Notes: a model not told the origin generated them from the letters alone. A stretch of DNA of 63,063 bases, filler included, from Globobulimina sp. (GCA_003354225.1; 35 parts of 35 records of this genome joined end to end with filler, not necessarily neighbours in it); one strand, 5' to 3'. Positions 25,763 to 37,809 are shown, numbered from the whole stretch's first letter. Numbers and translations: made by a program.

Positions 25763-26979
25763 ATGACGTCGTGGAACAATAGAAATAATTCGTACCGGAA
25801 TATAGTTCAAAAAAATAATAAAAATCATAATCATAGCTTTCGACTTAACAACAACAGAAAGAATGCGCCACCATTAACGGAATCAGAGCAGAAACAACGT
25901 GAAGAAGGGCGCAAATTTCAACAACAAAAAAGATTTGAAGAACACAAGAAACTCGATGTGATATTCAATACATTTAATGCGGATATTGCTTTTAGTGAGA
26001 GATTAGAATATAGGCTGTTCGGAGGGCGCCCAGGTTTCACCATTTTCTTCTTTAACAATGGTAAGGATTTAAATAAATACCTGGATGATCCAAAGAAAGG
26101 CGATAGAATATTGGCAAATTTATGCCCAGTTTGGGAAAAGCTGAAAGTTTGGTGCATCAATCAAGGGCAAAAGAGAGACTCTGGCGACAAATACGCGGAA
26201 TTATCGTTTGCGTGGGATAACGACGTATATGCGATTGAAGAATCCGGTATCGATAGTTTTGAGCTCTTAGCATTGGCAAGAAATCAGTTCATGAGTCGAA
26301 TGGAGCAGTTGCGGGAGAGCGGGAATCGCGCATTTTCGGCAGCATTAGGTAAAAAATTTAGGTTTTGGATAGAAAGAAGAAAGTACGATGCCCCCAATTC
26401 ATACAAATATGTGTGTAACAACGCATATATTTCAACGAAGTTTAGGGACTCGAAGGTCATCGAAGATGACGTCGCGTGTCGGGAGGCTTTAAAAGTGATA
26501 TCCGAAGGGTTCAAGGGCTATAAAATCACATGCGATCGATTCGGGAAAGTTACCCGGAATATCAGCAATGGTCTATGCCTAACGTCATCGAGCCCGATTG
26601 ACATAAATTGGTTAAAAAAGAATGTGCGGTCTTTGGCGGGACAACGAGTGATTTGGAGCGTGTTTAAGGACAAGAAAGATATGGAAAAGAGGGAGGTGTG
26701 GACCAATGAGAAGAAACTGAAGATGTTTAAGGAGCGAGTAATCGAAGCCGGCACAGTAAGTGGCATTAAGTGGTCGCTATCGGCGGAAGAATTGGATGAA
26801 GATATAAAGGAGGAATTGCTACGACGTTATGACAACGATGAGAATGGAAACATTTTCATGAAGTCAACGCAAGCGATGGTCGCCAAATTGAATGGCACCA
26901 TTGAACAATTTAAAAATGAAATTATTAATCAAATTCGTGAGATGTTGTACAATGCAAACGATGTCAGCGCAGATGCGCA
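25763..26979 (+). CDS. Intronless basic hypothetical protein with C-terminal coiled coil (possible retroelement ORF1), 3' partial
   Basis: Long ORF with CG-richer codon use than neighbouring host genes; no catalytic motif seen. Confidence 0.55.
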
Positions 26980-27079
26980 NNNNNNNNNNNNNNNNNNNNN
27001 NNNNNNNNNNNNNNNNNNNNNNNTTAATTAATTAANNNNNNNNNNNNNNNNNNNNNNNNNNNNNNNNNNNNNNNNNNNN

Positions 27080-27340
27080 TTTCTATTGTGTGGATTGCTA
27101 ATTTTTATCAGTGTTATTCCAATAACAATATCAATGAATTCAGACAATGATATCTGTGGCAATAACAATTACAGCGAATGGGATGATTATAATGGATATA
27201 TTGACAATGATGACTCTCCACTTTGGACAATTTATTTATTACCGCCCATTGGAATATTACTATGGTTATCTGCCTGTTTTCTGGCGCAAATTCGAGAGAA
27301 AGTTGATTTATCAGACACGTTGTTTGTTGAGAATAGTTAA
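27080..27340 (+). CDS. 3' end of a membrane protein gene
   Basis: Two hydrophobic segments then TAA. Confidence 0.45.
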   Translation, partial: FLLCGLLIFISVIPITISMNSDNDICGNNNYSEWDDYNGYIDNDDSPLWTIYLLPPIGILLWLSACFLAQIREKVDLSDTLFVENS

Positions 27341-27480
27341 TTAGTTATAATTAAGTTATTTGTGTGTGCACTGTTTTTTGATACAATATAATACCCAATT
27401 TTTGTTTGTTTAGTGTTTTCGTAAATAGATAATAGCTCCGAACACTCTGATTTTTAAGATTTTCTTGGAGAGGTCACATA

Positions 27481-28045
27481 ATGGCATGTACTCAATTGAG
27501 TGAAGAGCACATAAAGAAATGGCTGAAAAAAATGGATATCATTTCTAGGGGATGGACCAAATGAGATTATACCACATTTTCTGTGGTTGGGAGATGCTGC
27601 GGACGCACAAAACATACAATTATTGCGAAAATATGGAATAAGTGATATCCACGTTGCCTATCCGCCACATTTCAAGGTACATAAATTTGATGCTGATGAT
27701 GATTGGCAATATAATTTAATTGATGCACATTTGGAGGAATGTATCAGATTTATTGATGAATGGACAAATGACAAAGGCCAAAGAATTTTAGTTCATTGTA
27801 GTACGGGAATGAACAGATCCGCCACAATAAGTGTTGCTTATTTGTTGCATTACTTTACAAATATGAATCTTTTGGAAGCCATTCAATACACAGTTATGAA
27901 GAGGCCATGGATATTATCCAATGTTGGATTTAGACGACAATTAATTAAATTTGCCTTTGCTAACAACAGATTGACTGATTACGTGCCACACATAACAGCA
28001 AAATCAAGATTATGCCATATTTATTATCCTTGCATTGCTGACTAG
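27481..28045 (+). CDS. Dual-specificity protein phosphatase, +1 frameshift near 27525-27551
   Basis: PNEIIPHFLWLGD, VHCSTGMNRSAT (HCx5R), KRPWILSNVGFRRQL; ATG at 27481 is one base out of frame. Confidence 0.88.
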
Positions 28046-28156
28046 CTTACTTCAAAAAATATTGTTGCAAACAAAACAAAGTAATGATCGCATATCTCAT
28101 ATATATTAAATTAAATCAAATTATATACAATTAAAACATGAGTTAAATATCGTATT

Positions 28157-28784
28157 TTATTTAAAGTATGATAGCTTTCTGGCGAACCAATGGATGAGGG
28201 GTCCCGGGACAAAGCGAATTATTAGGTTTAAATACAAATTGAGTGAATAAATACAGGTCTTCCACACAGCAATGTCATCTACACATAAACTGGAAATGTC
28301 ATGATTGTGATCTTGTGTTGATTCCATTTCCATAACACCGCAAAACTCATGATTCACAATCTTATATTTTAAAGATAGATCAATATGTATTCGATTATTA
28401 ACCCATTTATTCATCCAAAAACGTCCAGGTCCGGTGAATTTAATAAATGGCTTCAAATTCATTTTATCTGCGATGCAACACTTGACTGCCAACAATGAGT
28501 TCCACTCATTTTCCATTTGATATTTCAAAGGACCAATGTCAGTCTCTGCTGTTCTTAGCATCAGCTTATTTTGAGGATAATGATCAATTTGAAGAATCTT
28601 TTGCATCGCCAGATTCATTGCAAGATAATTTTGCAGCACCCACGGAATTCCAAGCTCGACGCCCATTTCATTTATGAAATCAGCATAATACCAACAATTT
28701 TTAAAATTCATAATGTTCAAGAATTCATCTTTCCATTTTCTAATGATAATGCTGTCTTTTATTGCACCAAAAAACCAATTTTCA
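28157..28784 (-). CDS. Hypothetical protein, 5' partial
   Basis: Open frame from contig edge to TAA. Confidence 0.5.
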
Positions 28785-28997
28785 NNNNNNNNNNNNNNNN
28801 NNNNNNNNNNNNNNNNNNNNNNNNNNNNTTAATTAATTAANNNNNNNNNNNNNNNNNNNNNNNNNNNNNNNNNNNNNNNNNNNNCTATTGACTCCTTCTT
28901 CTTATTGTTTCCTATTTAAACCTTGAGTTATTATTCACTTAAAAACCTTTACTAAAGTCCTAAACCAGCCTTTACTCCTAAAGTCCGTATAGTAACT

Positions 28998-29726
28998 CTA
29001 TACTAATGAATATGACAATATTTTCTTATCACTCCATCGTTGATTACAATCGCTGACTCCTCCCATTATTAATAATCTTTTTTGCCATTTTAAATGAACC
29101 AAACCACTGTACCATCGATCGGAAAAATGCTCGAAATGTTTAATTGTAAACCATTTTCTTTCAGCAATATCCCAAACAAAATGTTTGTTGTTATTTTGAC
29201 CAAATAATACATGAATTTGCCTTTTTTCCGCAAATAACAATGGAGCATCGTCTGGGTCCTCGAACATAGTGTGCCGTGTAGGTGCAATTGGCAGTGCAAT
29301 CGGTGCTGACATAGTTCCGTTTGCTATGGTAAACAGGTTTTGCTTGTCACAAATACATAATGTTTGTGTATCCTCATTAAATGCTATAGATAATGCCATT
29401 GACTCCATATCTAAATTACTTCCATAATCGAGCCACTCTGTATGTTGGCAATCGACCCACTCTGTATGTTGGCTTGTAACAAGTGAGAATTTGTATAATT
29501 TCTTGTCAGTAGCAATAATATATTCGTCGTTATGTTTCTGAATTATTGCAAGAGTACAATCGTCAGCAGGGAATGGTAGTGATGGTGTCCAATTTATTTG
29601 TGGTGTATTCAATTCTATATCTGAGTCTGTCATTTCTGATTCATCATCATTATCAGCTGTAGCATTCTGTTTATGCCTTTTCAAGTCTCTGCCAGTGTCA
29701 GCGGTGTCTCTTTTTCGCTTTGACAT
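28998..29726 (-). CDS. Kelch/beta-propeller-like protein, seemingly truncated
   Basis: IHVLFG..NNKHFVW and LLIMGG motifs; basic N-terminus. Confidence 0.6.
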   Translation of the reverse strand: MSKRKRDTADTGRDLKRHKQNATADNDDESEMTDSDIELNTPQINWTPSLPFPADDCTLAIIQKHNDEYIIATDKKLYKFSLVTSQHTEWVDCQHTEWLDYGSNLDMESMALSIAFNEDTQTLCICDKQNLFTIANGTMSAPIALPIAPTRHTMFEDPDDAPLLFAEKRQIHVLFGQNNNKHFVWDIAERKWFTIKHFEHFSDRWYSGLVHLKWQKRLLIMGGVSDCNQRWSDKKILSYSLV

Positions 29727-29837
29727 AATTAATTCCGCAAAGGAGCTTCTTGCTTAGGCAATAGTAAAAACTGTTTTTATTATGTTGTTTGTTATCTAAC
29801 AGAAATGCAGCACTTTTCTAGCTAGCCATACATTCCG

Positions 29838-30425
29838 ATGTCCATTGAATTGTTTATTGCTGTTGCCGCAACATATGCGTTGATTGGGTTAGTCACATTA
29901 ATAATGTGTCCCATTATGGCCATCTACACATACATTTATGCTACAAATTTAGATTCTGATCGATACCAGCAACGATATGGTATTATTACTGTGTATGAAT
30001 CAATTTTTACAATTCTAAACATGATACTAACAGTCATATCTATGGGTGTTTATCTATATACGTACGACTATGTTGGTCAATACATCATTCACGTCATACA
30101 CCAAGAATCCATCGTTTTATTGTTTACAATATGGATATTACGCTTTTGGTTGCTGCGTTTCAAAATGATATGGAACATCGCGAATGCTCATAAAAATTGG
30201 ATGCATTATATCGATCCAAACAGACGCATCAAATCTGACTATTCATGGTTCATACAAAACAATCAACAATTTGGCACCTCTGAATCCAAACAGATTTGGA
30301 TCTTATTTGTTGGTTTTAACAAGTTGCATGGCGCCCTGGCGGGCGCCTTAGTGTTATTGCTCGTTTTTACATATATACAGATGTTAGATAATGTGAAGTC
30401 AGATTACACACTAATACTGAAATAA
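29838..30425 (+). CDS. Multi-TM receptor-like protein (N-terminal part of 7TM-RGS-like family), possibly degenerate
   Basis: Hydrophobic helices; RFWLL...W..YIDP...WFI.N...FG pattern; frame breaks after 30420. Confidence 0.5.
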   Translation: MSIELFIAVAATYALIGLVTLIMCPIMAIYTYIYATNLDSDRYQQRYGIITVYESIFTILNMILTVISMGVYLYTYDYVGQYIIHVIHQESIVLLFTIWILRFWLLRFKMIWNIANAHKNWMHYIDPNRRIKSDYSWFIQNNQQFGTSESKQIWILFVGFNKLHGALAGALVLLLVFTYIQMLDNVKSDYTLILK

Positions 30426-30929
30426 TTTTTGTTTCTGTTGATTTATTCAAATACAATGTTTTCCATAGAGAATTAAAGAACACCATTTTCCCATTTTTTT
30501 ACCTTCGTACAACACATTGATGTGTTCTGTATGTCTATAAACCCAATCCTGGTTTTTTTATTGTGTGCTGAGTGTGTTGGGTTTAAATANNNNNNNNNNN
30601 NNNNNNNNNNNNNNNNNNNNNNNNNNNNNNNNNTTAATTAATTAANNNNNNNNNNNNNNNNNNNNNNNNNNNNNNNNNNNNNNNNNNNNTTGGTGTGACT
30701 GGTGATGCTACACCTAATGAGAAGAAAGTATTGGAGCAGGCACAAGCACCACCGGAGCCAAAGGGTGTGAATACAACGGGCAGCATTAGCGCATTGGAAA
30801 AGGAGGAAAAGGAAGAGCAACTACAAAAGATTGATGATTTGGGTGAGCAGTTTGAAGCGGCTGTTGATTTGGCTGTTGAAAATATGCGTGAGAGTTTGAG
30901 ACAGGAGTTGGAGCCGGAGAGGGATTTAC

Positions 30930-32394
30930 CTTGAATTCTCCAATTCTTGGAAAACTTATCATTGGGGCGGTCTCACTGGTTCCGTAGCCTTCATATATTT
31001 CAAACCCAAGCGGCCTCCTACTAAATATACATTGTATCACATATTTAATATATGACAAAGCAATCGATTTAGTAAAGGTAATAGTCATTGGCATCTTACT
31101 TTTTTTCAACATACTCGCGATATTTGTAAATGGCAAATTATCCGCTATCATTCTATTGATTTGATGGATCAACATTCCTTTTTTTAATCCGATTTCAACG
31201 TATTTATTATTTGTAATCACGCTGATTTTCGCATTCTTGCCATTGATATTCAATTCATCGCCGCTTTCAATCTCAAATCCCAACGGCCGCTGTTCGAAAA
31301 ATATCGTAATCGGTTGTCCGGGGTCGAAATCCAAACCAATCAGCCGATGGCTGTTTATTTTCTCATACAATTTGCCTTGCATTTGTCGCTGCGATATTAA
31401 TATTTTTAACATTTCCATTTCAAATTCCTTACTATCAAAATCAAAATCATTCGAATCAATCTTCTGTCGGTTCAATATCCGCCATCCGTACGCTATCTCT
31501 TCCTGCGTATAATCCATATTCTTATCGGCATCGCACATAAATGACACAACTGTTTTATGCGAAAAATCTATCGGTTTATAAATACAAAATGTTAAATCAA
31601 AAGGCGGCGATAATATTAATTTCTGTTTAATCGTATCATACGATTCATTATCCACAATCTCATTATTTATTTTATGGATAAACATTTTTAATCGCAGCCC
31701 TTTATCCAATAACTTAACATCTTTAATCGATGTGATTTGCGCATTGATCCCCTCCATATCTGCCGCTTGCATTGCAAACAGTAACTTTGTGTCATGAATG
31801 CCATAATGGATCGTTATTTCCTCATCCTTCACATCTTTTAACTCTTTCTTTAACAATTCATCATTCGCATCGCCCTCATACACAGAGAACCGGTTGGCTC
31901 GCGATTTTCTGCTCTTTCTGCGCTTCATTTTCTTCCTTTCAATGTCCTCTAACTCCTTAACCATGGCAGCCGGCAATGTCGGCGGCGAGATCCTGAAGGT
32001 TACCACCATCGGACATGCTACATTTCGTAGCAGACTCTCAATGGCAAAAAACTTCAATCGCTCCACATTGCGATCATTTATTTTACGAATATAAAATCCA
32101 ACATACAATCCTTGCTCACGTAACTTCTTACTATGAATCTCCAGCACTTTGCAATTTAATCCAAACCGACCAGCCTCGCGATCGAAGCCTAACGGTTTGC
32201 GTTTAAATTTGATAGCTAATAAGTCACCGTCCTCAGCGGGCGCTTCTACCGCACCAATGATCTCTGCTAAGTTCTTATCGATATTGCCTGCTGTATACGG
32301 CCGGTATGCATTGATTTTCTTGCCTGACACACCCATGACACGCGTACGGGTACCACACGCATTCAAAATCGCCTGTGTACTGCCTAACTTCTCC
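30930..32394 (-). CDS. Multi-PDZ-like repeat protein, fragment
   Basis: Repeated F.RKPLGF / F.QRPLGFEI / FSRRPLGFEI ... G..I..IN...V units. Confidence 0.75.
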
Positions 32395-32494
32395 NNNNNN
32401 NNNNNNNNNNNNNNNNNNNNNNNNNNNNNNNNNNNNNNTTAATTAATTAANNNNNNNNNNNNNNNNNNNNNNNNNNNNNNNNNNNNNNNNNNNN

Positions 32495-34199
32495 AACAAC
32501 AACAACAACAAAAGCAATGACAATGACAGCAACAACAAGAAGAATGGAAATAATTACTACAATTTTACGGATGCGACAGTCAAAGAGCTGTCGAATAGTT
32601 TAGGTTTCGAGGAAGAATACGTCAAAATGGCTTTGGTTCAGTCCCAAGGCGATATCACTTTGGCCGCCGAGATATTGTTCCAAATGAACGAGAAAACCAT
32701 TAAAGCGATGAAAAAACACGAAAAAGAAAAAAGAAAAAAGAAGTGTTCCATTCCCAACTTTAACACGGTACATATTCAATTTTTTACTTTTTGACATATT
32801 TTGATTTGTTTTGATTTGATTTCTAAGAGTTTGGTGGAGGAGATCTTGGGAATGAAACTGAAGCAAATCAAGAAAAAATGGAAGAGAGTGATTTGCGACA
32901 AATCCAAATCCGAATTACGTTCCATTTCGCGCCGAGAATGTGTAAATTATCGAGAATCGTCGTCAGAGAGTTCGAGTTCGTCAGAGAGCGACAGCTCAGA
33001 CTCCAATGCAAATAAAAAGAATCTCTCCTTTTACAACAAGAACAAAAAAGAAATGGAGACACTCTGCCAATGCGCCTCCAATTTACTATTCATTCTTTGC
33101 CTGTTTTCCAAATGGAAGGCGTCCAAAGCTCAAAATGTGTATTTTCATGTGATAATCGATGAATTTTTGCCGCATTATGGCCACATTCAACTAATTAACG
33201 ATTTGCAGCATTTACATATTTATCATTGGGATCATTGCGAACTATTCCAAGAATTCGAGAAAATTATGGGCCAATGTCAGGTCTCGAAATGTGTCTCCTT
33301 TCATCGCCATTTCCGCGACAGATTGCAATATCAAAATGATTCTAAACGCTACAAATTGTATCATATTGGCATTGAAAATGAGCACGGCAAATATCTCAAA
33401 AATGAACTGTTTTTGAAAGAAATTGTCTGCAAACAGTGGATGGATGAAATCCATTGTTATTTATTGCACAGTTTAGCCAGATTCGAAGTGGATTTTGATG
33501 AGGAATCCGAGGAAGAGGAGGACCACGAAAACAGCAAAAACAGTGCGTCGCGCTCCATATCAACGTCGAGGTGCAACTTCCATTGTTTTTCTCTGTGCTT
33601 TTAATTCTCGTATTTTTGCGTGGTTTGAAAAGGGCTTCGCGTAATTCGGCCTATCTCAATATGTCAGACAGCCAATCCCCGTCCACTCGCAACCACTTAT
33701 CGGCAAACTATGGCGGTGGGCACAATCCGAAGTTGGTGGAGAATGAGAGGTTGCTGAGGCAGCGGAGGGAGGAATTAATTAAGTATGGCTACGGACGATC
33801 GTATGGACGAAATCAAGCGGCAAAGAGCAAGAAAAAGAAGGAGGAAAAGAAGGAATTGGCTCTTTTCGAATGGCAGTCGACGCTGAATGTGAAGCATAAA
33901 AATATAAATCCGCGCTATGATAATATGCGCGATGAGATTCTGAATAATCCCTATTACAAACTGACAATGCTGGAATACAATGAGTTGCATTTTAAGAGCC
34001 AACAAATAGCAAAGACGTGGATAAAGAAAAAAATCAAAGCCAAAGACAAATATGTTGGCATCATTGGCTATAAAAACAATGGCGAAAAAGAGGAGAAATT
34101 GCGGATTGAGAAAGGCGGCGTGATTACGGCCGATATGATTGTTGCTATTAAATTGCTGACCGATTATGACAAATTGCAGTATGAATTGAAGAAATGTTT
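32495..34199 (+). CDS. UBA-like domain protein leading into a probable ART-associated helical region, spliced, partial
   Basis: LGFEEEYVKMALVQSQGDITLAAEIL (UBA-like); introns 32768-32827 and 33571-33632; ends IVAIKLLTDYDKLQ. Confidence 0.65.
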
Positions 34200-34299
34200 N
34201 NNNNNNNNNNNNNNNNNNNNNNNNNNNNNNNNNNNNNNNNNNNTTAATTAATTAANNNNNNNNNNNNNNNNNNNNNNNNNNNNNNNNNNNNNNNNNNNN

Positions 34300-34705
34300 A
34301 AGTGGTTGTATCAATAAATGAACCTTTCTTGTTATATTTGGTAGGATATTTGCGATGCAACGCAGTCATGGACTGATTCTTTTTCATCTGATTGCTATTA
34401 ATCATTGGTGGAGATGAATAATTTGAATAATTTGAATGATTCGAATGAATGGATGCAACAGATGACAATGAGGAGGTGGACATTACAGATGGAAGACTGT
34501 GAAACGATGTACTGTTCATAGGATTGCCACTTTCTCTGTTGGTAGTGTTTCGATCATTAAATGGTAATGCATCAGGTGATAAAATGATGGTTTGTTTTGT
34601 TGTATGATAAACTTGCCGCTCATTTCTGAGTTGTTGTGTGTATCTTCGCATGAATATGCTGTGATGATATTGAAAAACTGAACTAACTAAAAAAAACTCT
34701 AGCAA
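34300..34705 (-). CDS. Low-complexity Ser/Asn-rich N-terminus of an unknown protein
   Basis: ORF runs into the contig edge. Confidence 0.45.
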
Positions 34706-34798
34706 ATGAACAAATGTGTGAGCCTGTTTGCATTGTGGCGAACTCTATTTTATAGTAAAACATTACTTTCGAATGAGATACGTATTCAAACGTAGTTA

Positions 34799-35476
34799 CT
34801 ATTCCCACCAAGTCGATGGACCTAAACCTTGACCATCCAATGTTCCATAAACAACCATTGGTCGTTTTAACAATCGTTCCTCTAATAATTCCACCTTTTC
34901 TTCCTCCTCATCATTATCCTCTTTCTTTTCTACTTTGCGTCCCTTATTCATTGCTTTAAAGTGAGTCTTAATGACCTTCAGATGAATGATATCATTTTTC
35001 TCAAACTTTAAGTCAGCATTTTCCGTGGAATAAATCCATGTTTTGGAGACTTCATCAAATTGCGATGGTTGTGGCAAATTCTGTTTTGCAATGAAAACTT
35101 GTTCGAAAAAGCCTAAAGAAATTCGTATGCCCGATCCATCAGAATTTGCTATCGATCCTTCAATAACTTCACAATTATAAGGTTTGAATAAAATTAAGCG
35201 ATATTCAACTTCAACATAAGTTGAACCATCTTCTGGATATATCCTCGCATCGCCAATTTCATCAATTGCTGAGACAGTTACACATAATCCATGCGTTGGT
35301 GGTATAACTTTATTGCAGTACTGTACCAACAAATGCTTCATTACTTCTTTTACAAGATTGCCATGTGATGCTTCCCTTATTTGCTGCTTATTTTCATCCG
35401 TTTGTTTGGGAATGCCACCCGTAAACTCATGACAAGGGATTTGAATGCGAGAGGACGCACGTAATTCGTAAAACAT
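34799..35476 (-). CDS. POLR3H: RNA polymerase III subunit RPC8/RPC25
   Basis: YCNKVIP..GLCV, YRLILFKPY.CEVIEG.I, GIRISLGFF, C-terminal GLGPSTWW. Confidence 0.93.
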   Translation of the reverse strand: MFYELRASSRIQIPCHEFTGGIPKQTDENKQQIREASHGNLVKEVMKHLLVQYCNKVIPPTHGLCVTVSAIDEIGDARIYPEDGSTYVEVEYRLILFKPYNCEVIEGSIANSDGSGIRISLGFFEQVFIAKQNLPQPSQFDEVSKTWIYSTENADLKFEKNDIIHLKVIKTHFKAMNKGRKVEKKEDNDEEEEKVELLEERLLKRPMVVYGTLDGQGLGPSTWWE

Positions 35477-35539
35477 TCAAGCTCTCCCAAGTTTAAGTGA
35501 AGTGTTTTCTAGAAATGAAATGAACAGTGCTTTCAGATC

Positions 35540-36004
35540 ATGAACCCGTTGTCGTTTGATTTCTTTGCAGCGCACTTCTCTCATTTGATACAATTATCGC
35601 CAGAGGTGCATGGTTCATGGAGAAAATCGTGGATTATGGGAGTGTCATGTTGGTTTTATTCATTCCCTGGTATATTGTGTTTTGTATTGTTACTAAATCA
35701 ATACTATTATTATTATTCATTTATTGAAGGAATTTTATATATATTAACCGCAGTTAATTCATTTTTATCGGATTATGTGTATATAGGAATTGCTCATTAT
35801 TCACATGCATTGGACAGAATATTTGCAACCGCATCAGCATTATCAATGCTTTTGAAACTATTTATAGTCACGTTTACATTGTGTGAATTTTTGGTATTTA
35901 TTATGTTATGGATCATTGCATTGTCAATGCTATCAAAGTCACGTAAATCTACAGCACAAAATGAATTTGTGTTTCACCACTTTTTATGGCATTTAGGCGG
36001 TTCA
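35540..36004 (+). CDS. Small multi-pass membrane protein with His motifs (CREST-like?), 3' partial
   Basis: SFLSDY...HALDR...HFLWH; divergent from POLR3H. Confidence 0.55.
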
Positions 36005-36244
36005 NNNNNNNNNNNNNNNNNNNNNNNNNNNNNNNNNNNNNNNNNNNNTTAATTAATTAANNNNNNNNNNNNNNNNNNNNNNNNNNNNNNNNNNNNNNNN
36101 NNNNAATCCATTTCATTCATTATTGCCCAATAATTAGATTATGTAGAAGTGTCTTTTTTGTTCATTTTTATCAAAACCGATGGCACAAGATGTTGTGGTT
36201 TCGAGCTATATTTTCAGACCGGTTTCAGATGACAGACTACTTTA

Positions 36245-37809
36245 GAGCTTGTCGAAAATCGCAAATCTGTATATTGTGTTTAACAGGATATCCCGTTGAA
36301 ATCAAAGAAATTTTGTTTAGGAGAATCTGAGTTTCTACTGCCCGGCCGTTTTTACGTTACAGCGTTGTTTTATCCTTAAGCATTGTCTCGGTTGCAGGTA
36401 AAACAACCGGTGTTATAATCAACTTCATTATGCAAATCCATAATTCGCTATTTTACCGATGTTATGTACCATGCAGTACAAGAGCCACTGAATGTTTACC
36501 TTTGTTTTTCCTATTAACGTAAACCGATTCATGCCTTTGCACGATCTGATATTACCAAAAACCGGCTCGACTATACCGATACGCTTATGATAAATTCTTC
36601 GTCCTTCGGTTGTTTCCACTTTATCAACCATCTCTTTGGGGATATTTCTATTTGATTCATCTGAATGGTATGACAGGTATCTGCGTCGGGCATTCTTGTT
36701 ATGAAAACATTTTTCCTGCAGCCTGCAATCTTTGCAATCTTCTGCATTTGATACATATATCCTCTCAATGTTACCCTTGCGAACACCAACTCTTTTATAA
36801 AAAGACAACCTTTTATTTTTCGGGCAAACATACTGATCCTTCTCTTTGTCATATTCGAAATTGTCATATGAGAATTTCGAATATTTCTTACTGGGTTTCC
36901 TGCGGCTTGCGAATCTGGGATCACGGCTGCGGAATTGGTTGTCCGGAATATACGCATCAATATTTTCTTCATTACATTTCTTTATATTTGTCGAGCTGTG
37001 ATAGTTTGAATCCGCAAGTAACGTCTTCCCCTCAAAGTAATTTTCTTCCTTGCCTATCTCTACAAGATTTTTCTTCGCTTCGTCCACAAGGGGAGGAAGA
37101 TGATCATGGTCCTGGCCGCAGCCGATTGCTTCAGCACTCACGATAATCTGCGTCTTTGCATCTACAAGCGCCTGCGCGTTATATCCCTGCATAGTACCTT
37201 TGGATGTATGCATTTTTACAGAATCGTTATCAGTTGCATTACTCTGTACTTCTACTCCTCGTTTTCCTATCTTCGGATCAGCCTCCTCCAGAAATTTCTC
37301 AAGACGTGCCGCCTGCTTTCGTAATCTTTCAAGCGGTTTTTTATTACGGATCTCTATTTTTTCACGAACATCCTCGTCTATTTTAATTTGTTCTTCAATA
37401 AGGCTTTCTATCTTGCGCTCAATCTTTTCTTTTTTGTTTTTTAATGTCTCAAGTTTACCGCTATTTTCAAGTGAAGCATTGGAAGACATTTTGCAGCCGT
37501 CCAGTGCAAATAATGTTCCGCCTAGAAGATTGTGTTTATCACATAAAAGAAGGATGTTCCTGAACAATGGTATTATCTGCTTCCTCATGGAAGTTACAAA
37601 TGCCGCTATTGTGCTGTGATCAGGTCTTTGCCCATCAGCAAGCGCCATGAACTGGGTGTTCTTACAGCACGCGTTTTCAATATCGCGGGAAGAAATTAAA
37701 CCATGCGAATATCCTGCTAATACCACTTTAAGAAGTGTTTTTGGATTATATGCCCGTCGACCGGTCGCATCATTTTTATAATTTTGATCAAAAACAGACA
37801 TATCCAGGA
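36245..37809 (-). mobile_element. IS1182-family insertion sequence (bacterial), 5' truncated
   Basis: Transposase plus candidate right terminal repeat GAGCTTGTCGAAAA at 36245-36258. Confidence 0.85.
36428..37801 (-). CDS. IS1182-family DDE transposase
   Basis: GRRAYNPKTLLK, PDHSTIA, ALDG, GYNAQ, LADSNY, YVCP..C..C...C, VEPVFGNIR. Confidence 0.95.
   Translation of the reverse strand: MSVFDQNYKNDATGRRAYNPKTLLKVVLAGYSHGLISSRDIENACCKNTQFMALADGQRPDHSTIAAFVTSMRKQIIPLFRNILLLCDKHNLLGGTLFALDGCKMSSNASLENSGKLETLKNKKEKIERKIESLIEEQIKIDEDVREKIEIRNKKPLERLRKQAARLEKFLEEADPKIGKRGVEVQSNATDNDSVKMHTSKGTMQGYNAQALVDAKTQIIVSAEAIGCGQDHDHLPPLVDEAKKNLVEIGKEENYFEGKTLLADSNYHSSTNIKKCNEENIDAYIPDNQFRSRDPRFASRRKPSKKYSKFSYDNFEYDKEKDQYVCPKNKRLSFYKRVGVRKGNIERIYVSNAEDCKDCRLQEKCFHNKNARRRYLSYHSDESNRNIPKEMVDKVETTEGRRIYHKRIGIVEPVFGNIRSCKGMNRFTLIGKTKVNIQWLLYCMVHNIGKIANYGFA

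Noticed and set aside
6260-27564. Euplotes-style +1 programmed frameshifting (AAA-TAA near 6260, AAA-TGA near 27562)
   Set aside because: In the phosphatase the conserved PNEI requires the shift upstream of the AAA-stop. Both sites have nearby homopolymers, and the other frameshifts (44017, 55115) lack the motif. Indel error or decay is simpler.
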